Origin: a virus
Taxonomy: Duplodnaviria > Heunggongvirae > Uroviricota > Caudoviricetes
Length of the DNA stretch: 41,141 nucleotides
Virus record (IMG/VR): IMGVR_UViG_2718218171_000006
Coordinates: 1 to 41,141 of that record
Reading direction: 5' to 3' (one strand)
Positions within the stretch are counted from its first letter, which is position 1; the number at the start of each line of letters is the position of its first letter. Of this stretch, positions 28,873 through 35,907 are shown in pieces. The notes below the pieces were generated by a model that was not told the DNA's origin, ran no database searches, and saw only the letters and a list, made by a program, of their open reading frames with translations. The position numbers and the translations under genes are program-made.

Positions 28873-29262
28873 TCAGGCGGCTGCACCCGCCGTTTTCTCG
28901 TACTTACTGATAGTGATCTCGACCTTCCCTTTCGGGATAACCGGTCCCCACTCCACCAGCATTCTTTTCACCTGACTGTCGTCTTCCCACACACCCGCAT
29001 GGGTCAGGGCGTCAAACAGCGCCTTGTTATAGTTGTCCAGATCGCGGATCCGGTTATCCGGAGGAAACAACACGATCTCCACTGAAGCAGGTGCCGACGT
29101 TGGTTTCGGCAGACGACGTAACTGCTCAACTATTGCTGCGCACGCCGCGCTCTGGAATTTGCGCCCCGCTGCGCTTATCAGACTCTTACCAGCAAACGCC
29201 CCTTTGTTGGGGTGTCGCCAGTACGTGTTCACGCTGGGCGGGAAAGGCAAGATCAGCTTCAT
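28873..29262 (-). CDS. rusA: Holliday-junction resolvase RusA
   Basis: 129 aa; RDLDNYNKALFDALTHAGVWEDDSQV motif typical of RusA. Confidence 0.85.
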   Translation of the reverse strand: MKLILPFPPSVNTYWRHPNKGAFAGKSLISAAGRKFQSAACAAIVEQLRRLPKPTSAPASVEIVLFPPDNRIRDLDNYNKALFDALTHAGVWEDDSQVKRMLVEWGPVIPKGKVEITISKYEKTAGAAA

Positions 29263-29585
29263 ACTTTCAGGCCCCTCTCATGTAACCAGTGGGCTGCACG
29301 CAGCCTGGCGTTTTCCTCACCGGCAAGCAGTGCGCGGATAATCCCGACCGCCTCGCTGTCGTCGTCCTTCACCGCGGTATGAAGCGTTATCCCCCGGGCC
29401 ACGCCACGCTTTATCGTGATGACGCCTTTTTTCTCCAGTGCGCGAAGATGCTCTACCGCTGCATTCACTGAACGGTATCCCAGCATGGTTGCCACCTCCT
29501 GATTGGTTGGCGGAAAGCCACGCTCTTTCTGGTAAGAAATCAGCATATCCAGCACCTGCTGCTGGCATTGAGTTAACGTCGTCAT
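29259..29585 (-). CDS. LexA N-terminal DNA-binding-domain protein lacking the S24 peptidase domain
   Basis: LTQCQQQVLDMLISYQKERGFPPTNQEVATMLGYRSVNAAVEHLRALEKKGVITIKRGVARGITL aligns with the E. coli LexA N-terminal wHTH; only 108 aa. Confidence 0.65.
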   Translation of the reverse strand: MTTLTQCQQQVLDMLISYQKERGFPPTNQEVATMLGYRSVNAAVEHLRALEKKGVITIKRGVARGITLHTAVKDDDSEAVGIIRALLAGEENARLRAAHWLHERGLKV

Positions 29586-30235
29586 GCCGCCATCTCCCTG
29601 ACCAGTTTTTCCGCCTGCTGGCGAACCTGCGCCAGAAAGGCCTCACCACATGCCTCAAGTTCATCGCGCCCGATGTAGCTGATTGCCGGTCCTTTCCAGG
29701 TATTGTCGAAAACAGCAATAGCACCAGCGAAGAAAGCGCCTGTCGGTACCTGCTTCTCGTCTTTCGGGATAAACCAGACAGGCAGTTCAAAACCAATACG
29801 CCCGCGAATAAAAGCAATATGGTCCGCATCTTCCGGCCACCACACTTCGCTGGTGGCAGCTTTGATCAGGAAAACATAGCGCCCGCCCTTATCACGCATG
29901 GCACTGGCATGTTTCATGATGTAACGCATGCCGGTGATGTATTGCCCCTCATGCTGACTGGCGCGGCTGTATGGAGGATTACCAAAGGCAGCACCTTTAA
30001 GCTCCGCAAGGCGTTCTGACCAGTCATGCGCCAGCGCGTTGTCTTCCGCCGTGTAATACGCGGCACATTTGGCGTTATCACCGTCAGTGAACAGATCCAG
30101 AACAAACGGGCCAAACAGGGTGTTAATTCCCCAGAAAATGTTGTCCGGCGTGCGCCACTGATCACCCACTTCCTTCAGTTCATGAGCTGGTTTGTTCCGC
30201 AGTTCCACCAGCTCCTGGCAATATTTATTACTCAT
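29582..30235 (-). CDS. Phage Dam-family N6-adenine DNA methyltransferase
   Basis: NPPY catalytic motif (AAFGNPPYSRA); ~217 aa from MSNKYCQELVEL. Confidence 0.8.
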   Translation of the reverse strand: MSNKYCQELVELRNKPAHELKEVGDQWRTPDNIFWGINTLFGPFVLDLFTDGDNAKCAAYYTAEDNALAHDWSERLAELKGAAFGNPPYSRASQHEGQYITGMRYIMKHASAMRDKGGRYVFLIKAATSEVWWPEDADHIAFIRGRIGFELPVWFIPKDEKQVPTGAFFAGAIAVFDNTWKGPAISYIGRDELEACGEAFLAQVRQQAEKLVREMAA

Positions 30236-30729
30236 TAAGCCCCCACGTAATTCCCTGACAGATACCACTCATCACCCGATACAGCTCGCTTGCTGCTTTT
30301 CTGTAAGCACTGCTCACGACGCGCCAGAAAATTGTTTCGTTCTGGCTGGGAGTGGCTTTCACGGAATGCCGCCATCCACACCGTTGCAGCACGACGGTAT
30401 AAGCCCCTGGACTCCAGTTCTTCAGCCTGGCGGGTCAGGCACAAAATCACCCGGGAATCGTTAGTGCCGACATAGAAATTGCGCACAGGTCTGGTTTCAC
30501 GAACTGGTTGTGGTTCCGGCTCCTGCGCTCTCTCAGTCAGGCGCGGGAAATGTCTGCGTGTATCTCCTTCACAACGGTGAGCCACACGCCCACTCTGACG
30601 TAACTTGCTTGCTGACTGCAGAACGCGCTGTCGTGAGTAACCTGCAAAAGCATCCGCAATGTCTCCGGAAGTACACCCCGGATGGACTTCAATGAATTTC
30701 TGAACTTCATTCAAAAGACTCATAATCAC
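30235..30729 (-). CDS. PerC-like regulatory protein (tentative)
   Basis: C-terminal segment LESRGLYRRAATVWMAAFRESHSQPERNNFLARREQCL resembles PerC/Pch-family proteins of EHEC prophages; recalled from memory. Confidence 0.35.
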   Translation of the reverse strand: MIMSLLNEVQKFIEVHPGCTSGDIADAFAGYSRQRVLQSASKLRQSGRVAHRCEGDTRRHFPRLTERAQEPEPQPVRETRPVRNFYVGTNDSRVILCLTRQAEELESRGLYRRAATVWMAAFRESHSQPERNNFLARREQCLQKSSKRAVSGDEWYLSGNYVGA

Positions 30730-31544
30730 CCCCTGAATCCTGCCGGGATCTGGCTGTAGTCCACGTTGTCGTAACTGGCTTTGAAGTACGGGTCCTCGCG
30801 TCTGGCTGCAGATACCGCAGGAACTTCCCAGGATTCTTCGAAATGACGATCCGGACCAAAGAACGTGACAGCCTGTTTCACAAATTGTGTGCCGCTGTTA
30901 CCCATCGCAGATACCCAGCCCGCGTAGCGTTTCACACCTTCCAGCATGGTTTCGGGGTTTACTCCCTCATTCAAACGGGCTTTCCAGGCTTTGAAGGCTG
31001 CAGATTTTGAATTGCCACCAGCACGTTTGGGATATGCCAGCCATGCCTGCTCAAACTCCGGAGAGTATTCCGGTCGGTTTGAACGAACTCGCACGGACTC
31101 ATCAACTGATGCACCAACAGCTATTGGTTCATTGACTGGTTCTTTGACTGGTTCAAAAGAGTGACTGGTTCTGGGTGAATCTCCTGCACTACCCCCTGGT
31201 GCAACTCCTGCACTACCTGGTGAATTTGCTGCACCAGATAGTGAATTATTTGCACTACCCCCTAGTGAATCTCCTGCACCATCCAGATGAAGGAGATAGA
31301 TATTACTTGAGTTACCTTTTTCACCTTTCCGGGTGACTTTTTTTACCAGCCCGGACTCACAGAGGGCCGCAATATGATTCATCACAGAACGTTTGCTAAT
31401 CTCGCACTGATCAGCGATATGCTGATAGCTGGGCCAGCACTCGCCCTGATCGCTGGCATTATCAGCCAGCTTAATCAGAACCAGTTTTCGCAATGGATTT
31501 CCCACTCGAATTTTCATCGCTTTAACCATCAGCTCCATACTCAT
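30726..31544 (-). CDS. Replication initiator (O-like; N-terminal HTH, internal iteron-encoding linker)
   Basis: N-terminal HTH (WPSYQHIADQCEISKRSVMNHIAALCESGLVKK); linker encoded by direct DNA repeats; position after cro/cII. Confidence 0.6.
   Translation of the reverse strand: MSMELMVKAMKIRVGNPLRKLVLIKLADNASDQGECWPSYQHIADQCEISKRSVMNHIAALCESGLVKKVTRKGEKGNSSNIYLLHLDGAGDSLGGSANNSLSGAANSPGSAGVAPGGSAGDSPRTSHSFEPVKEPVNEPIAVGASVDESVRVRSNRPEYSPEFEQAWLAYPKRAGGNSKSAAFKAWKARLNEGVNPETMLEGVKRYAGWVSAMGNSGTQFVKQAVTFFGPDRHFEESWEVPAVSAARREDPYFKASYDNVDYSQIPAGFRG
31131..31325. repeat. Iteron array plus AT-rich segment inside the O-like gene (putative origin of replication)
   Basis: Five ~21-23 bp direct repeats of consensus GTGAATCTCCTGCACTACCCC at 31175..31284, three TTGACTGGTTC repeats at 31131..31172, AT-rich stretch 31285..31325. 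Confidence 0.55.
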
Positions 31545-31777
31545 GCAGCACCTCCGAGATGCTTCATGTTTTTTCCGGAGCGAAAGGCTATAAGCGGCAT
31601 ACTGATGCGGTAATTACGGCCCAGCGGTTCACAAATCACCTTCTGACATTCACGGTCAACCAGGCTAACACGTAGAACATGCCCTGCAGGCGTGGTGTAC
31701 CACTGCCCAACTGTAGGAATTGATGTTTTTTTACGCTGAAGCAAACGGCAAATATTGAGGAGCAACGGATTAAGCAT
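31541..31777 (-). CDS. Hypothetical protein
   Basis: 78-aa ORF with 4-nt overlaps to both neighbours; no family recognised. Confidence 0.4.
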   Translation of the reverse strand: MLNPLLLNICRLLQRKKTSIPTVGQWYTTPAGHVLRVSLVDRECQKVICEPLGRNYRISMPLIAFRSGKNMKHLGGAA

Positions 31778-32606
31778 GGCGATGCCCTCCGCTGATATTC
31801 AGGAGACGGTGAATATGAAAATTAGCCTTATCCGCCAGACGAATACGTTCAGCCTGCAAGTTAAGAAGGGTTTCTACCAGAACCTGATGCGCCTGCGGAT
31901 CCGAAAGAGTTACCTTGCGCAGAGCACGTAGTGCAGTTGTTACATAACTGAGTTTATGTAAGTCTTCATCATTCAGACGAGAGAGGGCTGGGACAGTAGC
32001 CATGATGGCAGCCTCCGTATGCAATGGATAACTTCCACCACCGGAAACGCCAATTTCGCTGGTGGTGAACTGAGCAGGGTTGGCGTAACCGGCGCATACG
32101 GAAACCGGCGCACCTTTCGGTGCCCCCACCCAGCCCACCATAATTTGGGTATAGCTGAGTTGTAGCAACAAAAAAGACGCTAACGCGCCAATTGTCGCCG
32201 TATGCAATTCCAGGACGCCAATCCCGACACCCGCTTTATAAGGTGCCTGAACAGTGTAACGTCCCGGAATGGCAGAATCAATGTGCTGGTGGTCCTTCAC
32301 ACTCAACAAAATCACGCCTGAATTTCCACAAAGGACTAAAGCACTCATGCGGGTAGTCTTTGCGAAGATAGATAACGCGCTGTGTTTCTGGCTCCCAGCG
32401 AATAACATGGACATAAAGCCCTCTTCCGTCACGAAACCAGCGGTTAAGTTCCTGCACAACTCGCCCCCCACAGTCAGGTAAAGTTCTCTGTGGTTACTTA
32501 CAGCAAGGTGATTTGGTAATCTGCATTCATGCCGTAACAACAGGTGTTCAGCGACGCTGACTACCAGCTGTTGCGACAAACGGTTATTTGCCGTTAAACT
32601 GTTCAT
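31770..32606 (-). CDS. Hypothetical protein (between cII-like and O-like genes)
   Basis: 278-aa ORF, 4-nt overlap with the cII-like gene; no motif recognised. Confidence 0.45.
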   Translation of the reverse strand: MNSLTANNRLSQQLVVSVAEHLLLRHECRLPNHLAVSNHRELYLTVGGELCRNLTAGFVTEEGFMSMLFAGSQKHSALSIFAKTTRMSALVLCGNSGVILLSVKDHQHIDSAIPGRYTVQAPYKAGVGIGVLELHTATIGALASFLLLQLSYTQIMVGWVGAPKGAPVSVCAGYANPAQFTTSEIGVSGGGSYPLHTEAAIMATVPALSRLNDEDLHKLSYVTTALRALRKVTLSDPQAHQVLVETLLNLQAERIRLADKANFHIHRLLNISGGHRHA

Positions 32607-33166
32607 GCGTTAGTTTCTCCACAGACACAAAACGCCACGACGCCCGGAGCTGCACACTCGCGGGCGTCACTCTTTTCTGGAGCGCAAAAGATTTTGTAGA
32701 CCAGTGCTGCATGCTCCTGGAGCTTCGAAATTGACAGATACAACTCATCATTAATTGCTGTCTGCTCGTGTGGCTCCACTACCCCATCTTCGATTGCCGA
32801 ACGAATCTGCTTTGAGTAACTCCCGATCTGTTCGATGACTTCCAGCAGGCGCTGGTTGATATCGGCGTTCTCTACTTCCTCAATTTCAGGAAGCGATACA
32901 AACACCCCACCAGCAGACTGTGCGACAGCATCCGCAATGTAGTGAGTGCCAGCCGCGCGCTGTAAAATCATTGCCCATCCCAGCGGGAAAATCTGATCGC
33001 CATCTGCACGAAGGCGGTTGAATAAAGCGTTCTCTGTTACATCCAGCCACTCAGCAGCTTCAGCGTAACCCCCCGGCAACGCCGCGATAGTTTTTCTGAC
33101 AGCTTTCACGTACCACTCAGGCTGTTTTTCTACTTTCCAGTGATGCTTACCCACGGTTAGCCTCAT
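32603..33166 (-). CDS. CII-like regulator (YdaT / phage 186 CII family, tentative)
   Basis: 187 aa directly downstream of the Cro-like gene; central segment resembles 186-CII/YdaT HTH region; recalled, not searched. Confidence 0.45.
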   Translation of the reverse strand: MRLTVGKHHWKVEKQPEWYVKAVRKTIAALPGGYAEAAEWLDVTENALFNRLRADGDQIFPLGWAMILQRAAGTHYIADAVAQSAGGVFVSLPEIEEVENADINQRLLEVIEQIGSYSKQIRSAIEDGVVEPHEQTAINDELYLSISKLQEHAALVYKIFCAPEKSDARECAAPGVVAFCVCGETNA

Positions 33167-33197
33167 CGTTCTGTGGTTAAAAATTGAAGGTGTTCTG

Positions 33198-33398
33198 TTA
33201 ATCTTTCGGATAGATATCCGGTCTTAAGTCAGATTTCGTAATTGCACCTGACGTGCATTGCTCAAGTTTTTTAGCCAGCACAAAACTGGCTTTTTTATAA
33301 CCATTGAAAACCAGCCGTAAGTAGCCTGGTGTTGAGCCAACTTTGCCAGCCAACTCGGCCTGCTGTTCTTTGGTTAAAGAGTCCCAATACGCTTTCAT
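33198..33398 (-). CDS. Cro-like repressor (YdaS/Cro family HTH)
   Basis: 66 aa from ATG 33398 (MKAYWDSLTKEQQAELAGKVGSTPGYLRLVFNGYKK...); divergent from cI across an operator region. Confidence 0.65.
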   Translation of the reverse strand: MKAYWDSLTKEQQAELAGKVGSTPGYLRLVFNGYKKASFVLAKKLEQCTSGAITKSDLRPDIYPKD

Positions 33399-33488
33399 AC
33401 AATATGTACCTCCGGTGTACATATTACATGATTGAGATGAACCTTCAAGATACTTGTACCTTAACGGTACAAGGGTTTTAATTTCGTT
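33399..33488. promoter_or_regulatory. Immunity operator/promoter region (OR; divergent pR and pRM)
   Basis: Inverted repeats ATGTAC-N7-GTACAT (33404..33422) and CTTGTACC-N5-GGTACAAG (33453..33473); minus-strand TTGAAG-16-TAATAT overlaps the first; plus-strand TTGTAC...TTTAAT ends ~8 nt before the cI ATG. Confidence 0.55.
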
Positions 33489-34163
33489 ATGAAAACAGTC
33501 CATGACATCCGGCGGTCTAACGCCAGAAAACTGAGAGATGGTGTTGGCGGGAATTCTTCCTTTGCCACCATGATTGATCGCGAGCCAACCCAGACCAGCA
33601 GGTTTATGGGAGATGGTGCAACTAAAAATATCGGTGACAGCATGGCACGGCACATCGAAAAATGTTTCGACCTGCCTGTCGGATGGCTTGATCAAGAACA
33701 CCAGACAACGAACATCACAAAAAAACCTGATGTTTCAATCACTAACAAGCAAATAACGTTAGTCCCTGTCATATCATGGGTACAGGCCGGAGCATGGAAA
33801 GAAGTTGGCTATTCTGAGGTTGATTTGAGCACAGCAGAAACTTATCCCTGCCCTGTACCCTGTGGCGAAATGACTTATATCTTGCGGGTGATTGGTGATT
33901 CAATGATTGATGAATACCGCCCGGGAGATATGATTTTTGTTGATCCTGAAGTACCTGCCTGCCACGGTGACGACGTTATTGCATTGATGCACGATACAGG
34001 TGAAACCACCTTTAAAAGGTTGATAGAAGACGGAACACAACGTTATCTCAAAGCATTAAACCCAAACTGGCCAGAGCCTTACATTAAGATCAACGGTAAT
34101 TGTTCCATAATTGGTACTGTGATTTTCTCAGGAAAACCAAGGAGATACCAAATTAAAGCCTAA
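33489..34163 (+). CDS. CI-type prophage repressor with C-terminal S24 (LexA-like) autopeptidase domain
   Basis: 224 aa; N-terminal HTH; C-terminal ILRVIGDSM Ser-Lys dyad motif; divergent from cro. Confidence 0.85.
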   Translation: MKTVHDIRRSNARKLRDGVGGNSSFATMIDREPTQTSRFMGDGATKNIGDSMARHIEKCFDLPVGWLDQEHQTTNITKKPDVSITNKQITLVPVISWVQAGAWKEVGYSEVDLSTAETYPCPVPCGEMTYILRVIGDSMIDEYRPGDMIFVDPEVPACHGDDVIALMHDTGETTFKRLIEDGTQRYLKALNPNWPEPYIKINGNCSIIGTVIFSGKPRRYQIKA

Positions 34164-34175
34164 TCAATATTTATG

Positions 34176-34198
34176 AACCTGCTTCGGCAGGTTTTTTT
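34176..34198 (+). terminator. Intrinsic terminator downstream of cI
   Basis: AACCTGC-TTCG-GCAGGTT hairpin followed by TTTTTTT. Confidence 0.6.
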
Positions 34199-34202
34199 AT
34201 AC

Positions 34203-34235
34203 TTGACAATGTACCCTTGAGATACATAATGTACC
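34203..34235 (+). promoter_or_regulatory. pL-like early-left promoter with overlapping operator (OL)
   Basis: TTGACA(34203..34208)-17 nt-ATAATG(34226..34231); spacer contains ATGTAC-N7-ATACAT, one mismatch from the OR repeat. Confidence 0.5.
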
Positions 34236-34339
34236 TATATGAAACAGCGAACAGGCAGGATGCCCACGAAGTAGCCGCCCGGGGCATATGAAGACCGGGA
34301 TGATTCGTTAGCAACAAAAAAGCGCCGTACCGGACACTT

Positions 34340-34352
34340 CGCTCTTTAACAA
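34340..34352 (+). promoter_or_regulatory. boxA antitermination element in the pL leader
   Basis: CGCTCTTTAACAA: contains the 12-nt rrn boxA consensus GCTCTTTAACAA exactly. Confidence 0.5.
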
Positions 34353-34397
34353 TCTGATCCCCATCAACAAGTAATTGATAACTTGAGGAAGTGTGAA

Positions 34398-34604
34398 ATG
34401 CACAAAACAGAACCAAAAATCGTCGCGCCAGGCTACACAGATGAGGAAATTTACGAGTGGATGACAAAGAAGCTGGCTGCTATAAACCAGCTTCGTGAAG
34501 TGCAGTCTTATCGTCAGGAAACAATAGACTCCTTAAAAAAACTAGATCAGGAGATCACATCTTTATCGCAAGAATCTACTCTAGATATTGTTCATACAAA
34601 TTAG
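34398..34604 (+). CDS. Hypothetical small acidic protein (first ORF downstream of pL)
   Basis: 68 aa from ATG 34398 with GAGGAAG RBS; coiled-coil-like; no family recognised. Confidence 0.4.
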   Translation: MHKTEPKIVAPGYTDEEIYEWMTKKLAAINQLREVQSYRQETIDSLKKLDQEITSLSQESTLDIVHTN

Positions 34605-35010
34605 GATCCCATTCTTTTTCGTCAAAGTTATCAAAGTGATAAATTTGAGATCTCCAGTCTAAATTATCTAAAAAATCCTTAGCTCTTTTACTCATTTTAT
34701 CAAACGTCAATTCATCCTGAATAGAAAGAATAAGATCATCAAACTCCATTTCATTAATTTTTTTTGGTGTCCAATGATGTTTCATAAGAATAAGGTGAAT
34801 CAACGCATTTTTCCCTTTCAATTGATTATAGGGTGTGCTGAATTTCTTTCTATGCTCATATAGTACAAGATCAAGCAAAGTCAGGAATGCGGCTCTTGAT
34901 TCAACCTTAACTTTATCGACTGTTTGAACTATTCCACTAGTATTAATACCACGACACTTTCCAACATTTTCACAGTGGGATGCATACAGGTCACGTATAT
35001 AAACAGACAT
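34576..35010 (-). CDS. Hypothetical protein encoded by an AT-rich moron (candidate exclusion/defence gene)
   Basis: 144 aa from ATG 35010 with AGGA-type RBS; hand-counted 60-nt stretches 27-30% GC; the upstream ORF-track extension is a GC-rich read-through. Confidence 0.5.
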   Translation of the reverse strand: MSVYIRDLYASHCENVGKCRGINTSGIVQTVDKVKVESRAAFLTLLDLVLYEHRKKFSTPYNQLKGKNALIHLILMKHHWTPKKINEMEFDDLILSIQDELTFDKMSKRAKDFLDNLDWRSQIYHFDNFDEKEWDPNLYEQYLE

Positions 35011-35296
35011 TCTCTTTTCCTTTTGCGTTGTTGGGGATACCCAGATTAACCGAATCCTTGTTGTTGGGGAATAACCAGGTCCACCTCGCCTGATGTGGCT
35101 AAAAGCAGGCACATAACAACTAAGTATTTTCAACCAGAGAGAATCCTTAGCATTGTGGTGAATGCGGCTCAGCGCACGCGGGTTAAGGTTGAGGCTGACA
35201 GTCGACCTTCTGTGGATACCCACCCGCCTGGTGTGCAACCTTCGCCAGGCACCGGGAGGCACCCGACACCACAACTTTATGCTGTGTGTAGTCCTG

Positions 35297-35342
35297 GCGG
35301 TACCAGCTTGTACCCTTGCTTCCGGCTGGTACCGCTCTTTTT
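35297..35342 (+). terminator. Strong hairpin with U-tract (intrinsic terminator-like) upstream of the early-left genes
   Basis: Perfect 11-bp stem GCGGTACCAGC/GCTGGTACCGC, 17-nt loop, then TCTTTTT. Confidence 0.45.
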
Positions 35343-35479
35343 ACAAAACAGAGAAGAGCATCACCGGACGACGGGCTCATAACCCAATCCATCCGGGCGG
35401 CTGCCACCACAGGTGTTCTTCTCTGTTTTGTGGAGAAACTAATCGGCCTTGCAGGGCCGATATGATGAGGAGCAGCAAA

Positions 35480-35842
35480 ATGGCTAGCGAACGCAGTACT
35501 GATGTGCAGGCATTTATCGGGGAGCTGGACGGCGGCGTATTTGAAACCAAAATCGGCGCAGTTCTCAGTGAAGTCGCTTCAGGTGTGATGAACACGAAAA
35601 CCAAAGGTAAGGTCTCACTCAACCTGGAAATCGAACCATTTGATGAGAACCGTGTGAAAATCAAACACAAACTCTCATATGTTCGCCCGACTAACCGCGG
35701 GAAAATTTCCGAAGAAGACACCACCGAAACGCCGATGTATGTCAATCGCGGTGGTCGCCTGACTATTCTGCAGGAAGACCAGGGACAATTACTGACTCTT
35801 GCCGGTGAGCCTGACGGAAAACTCCGCGCAGCAGGTCATTAA
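35480..35842 (+). CDS. Hypothetical protein (size and context match YfdP of prophage CPS-53)
   Basis: 120 aa from ATG 35480 with GAGGAG RBS; gene order and sizes 120/274/178 aa parallel yfdP-yfdQ-yfdR; sequence identity not verified. Confidence 0.5.
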   Translation: MASERSTDVQAFIGELDGGVFETKIGAVLSEVASGVMNTKTKGKVSLNLEIEPFDENRVKIKHKLSYVRPTNRGKISEEDTTETPMYVNRGGRLTILQEDQGQLLTLAGEPDGKLRAAGH

Positions 35843-35907
35843 TATCGTTCTTAATTAACTGATTATTTATCTCATCACTGAATATCTTAATATAGTGAGG
35901 ACTTATT

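Noticed and set aside
33198-33701. 167-aa minus-strand ORF as a long Cro
   Set aside because: The N-terminal 100 codons are antisense to cI and the operator region; the Cro-like protein begins at ATG 33398.
34171-34467. 98-aa minus-strand ORF
   Set aside because: Runs antisense across the cI terminator, pL-like promoter and boxA leader; no RBS; likely spurious.
35162-35842. 226-aa plus-strand ORF as a single gene
   Set aside because: Its first 106 codons read through the structured non-coding region with improbable composition; the gene most likely starts at ATG 35480 behind a GAGGAG RBS.
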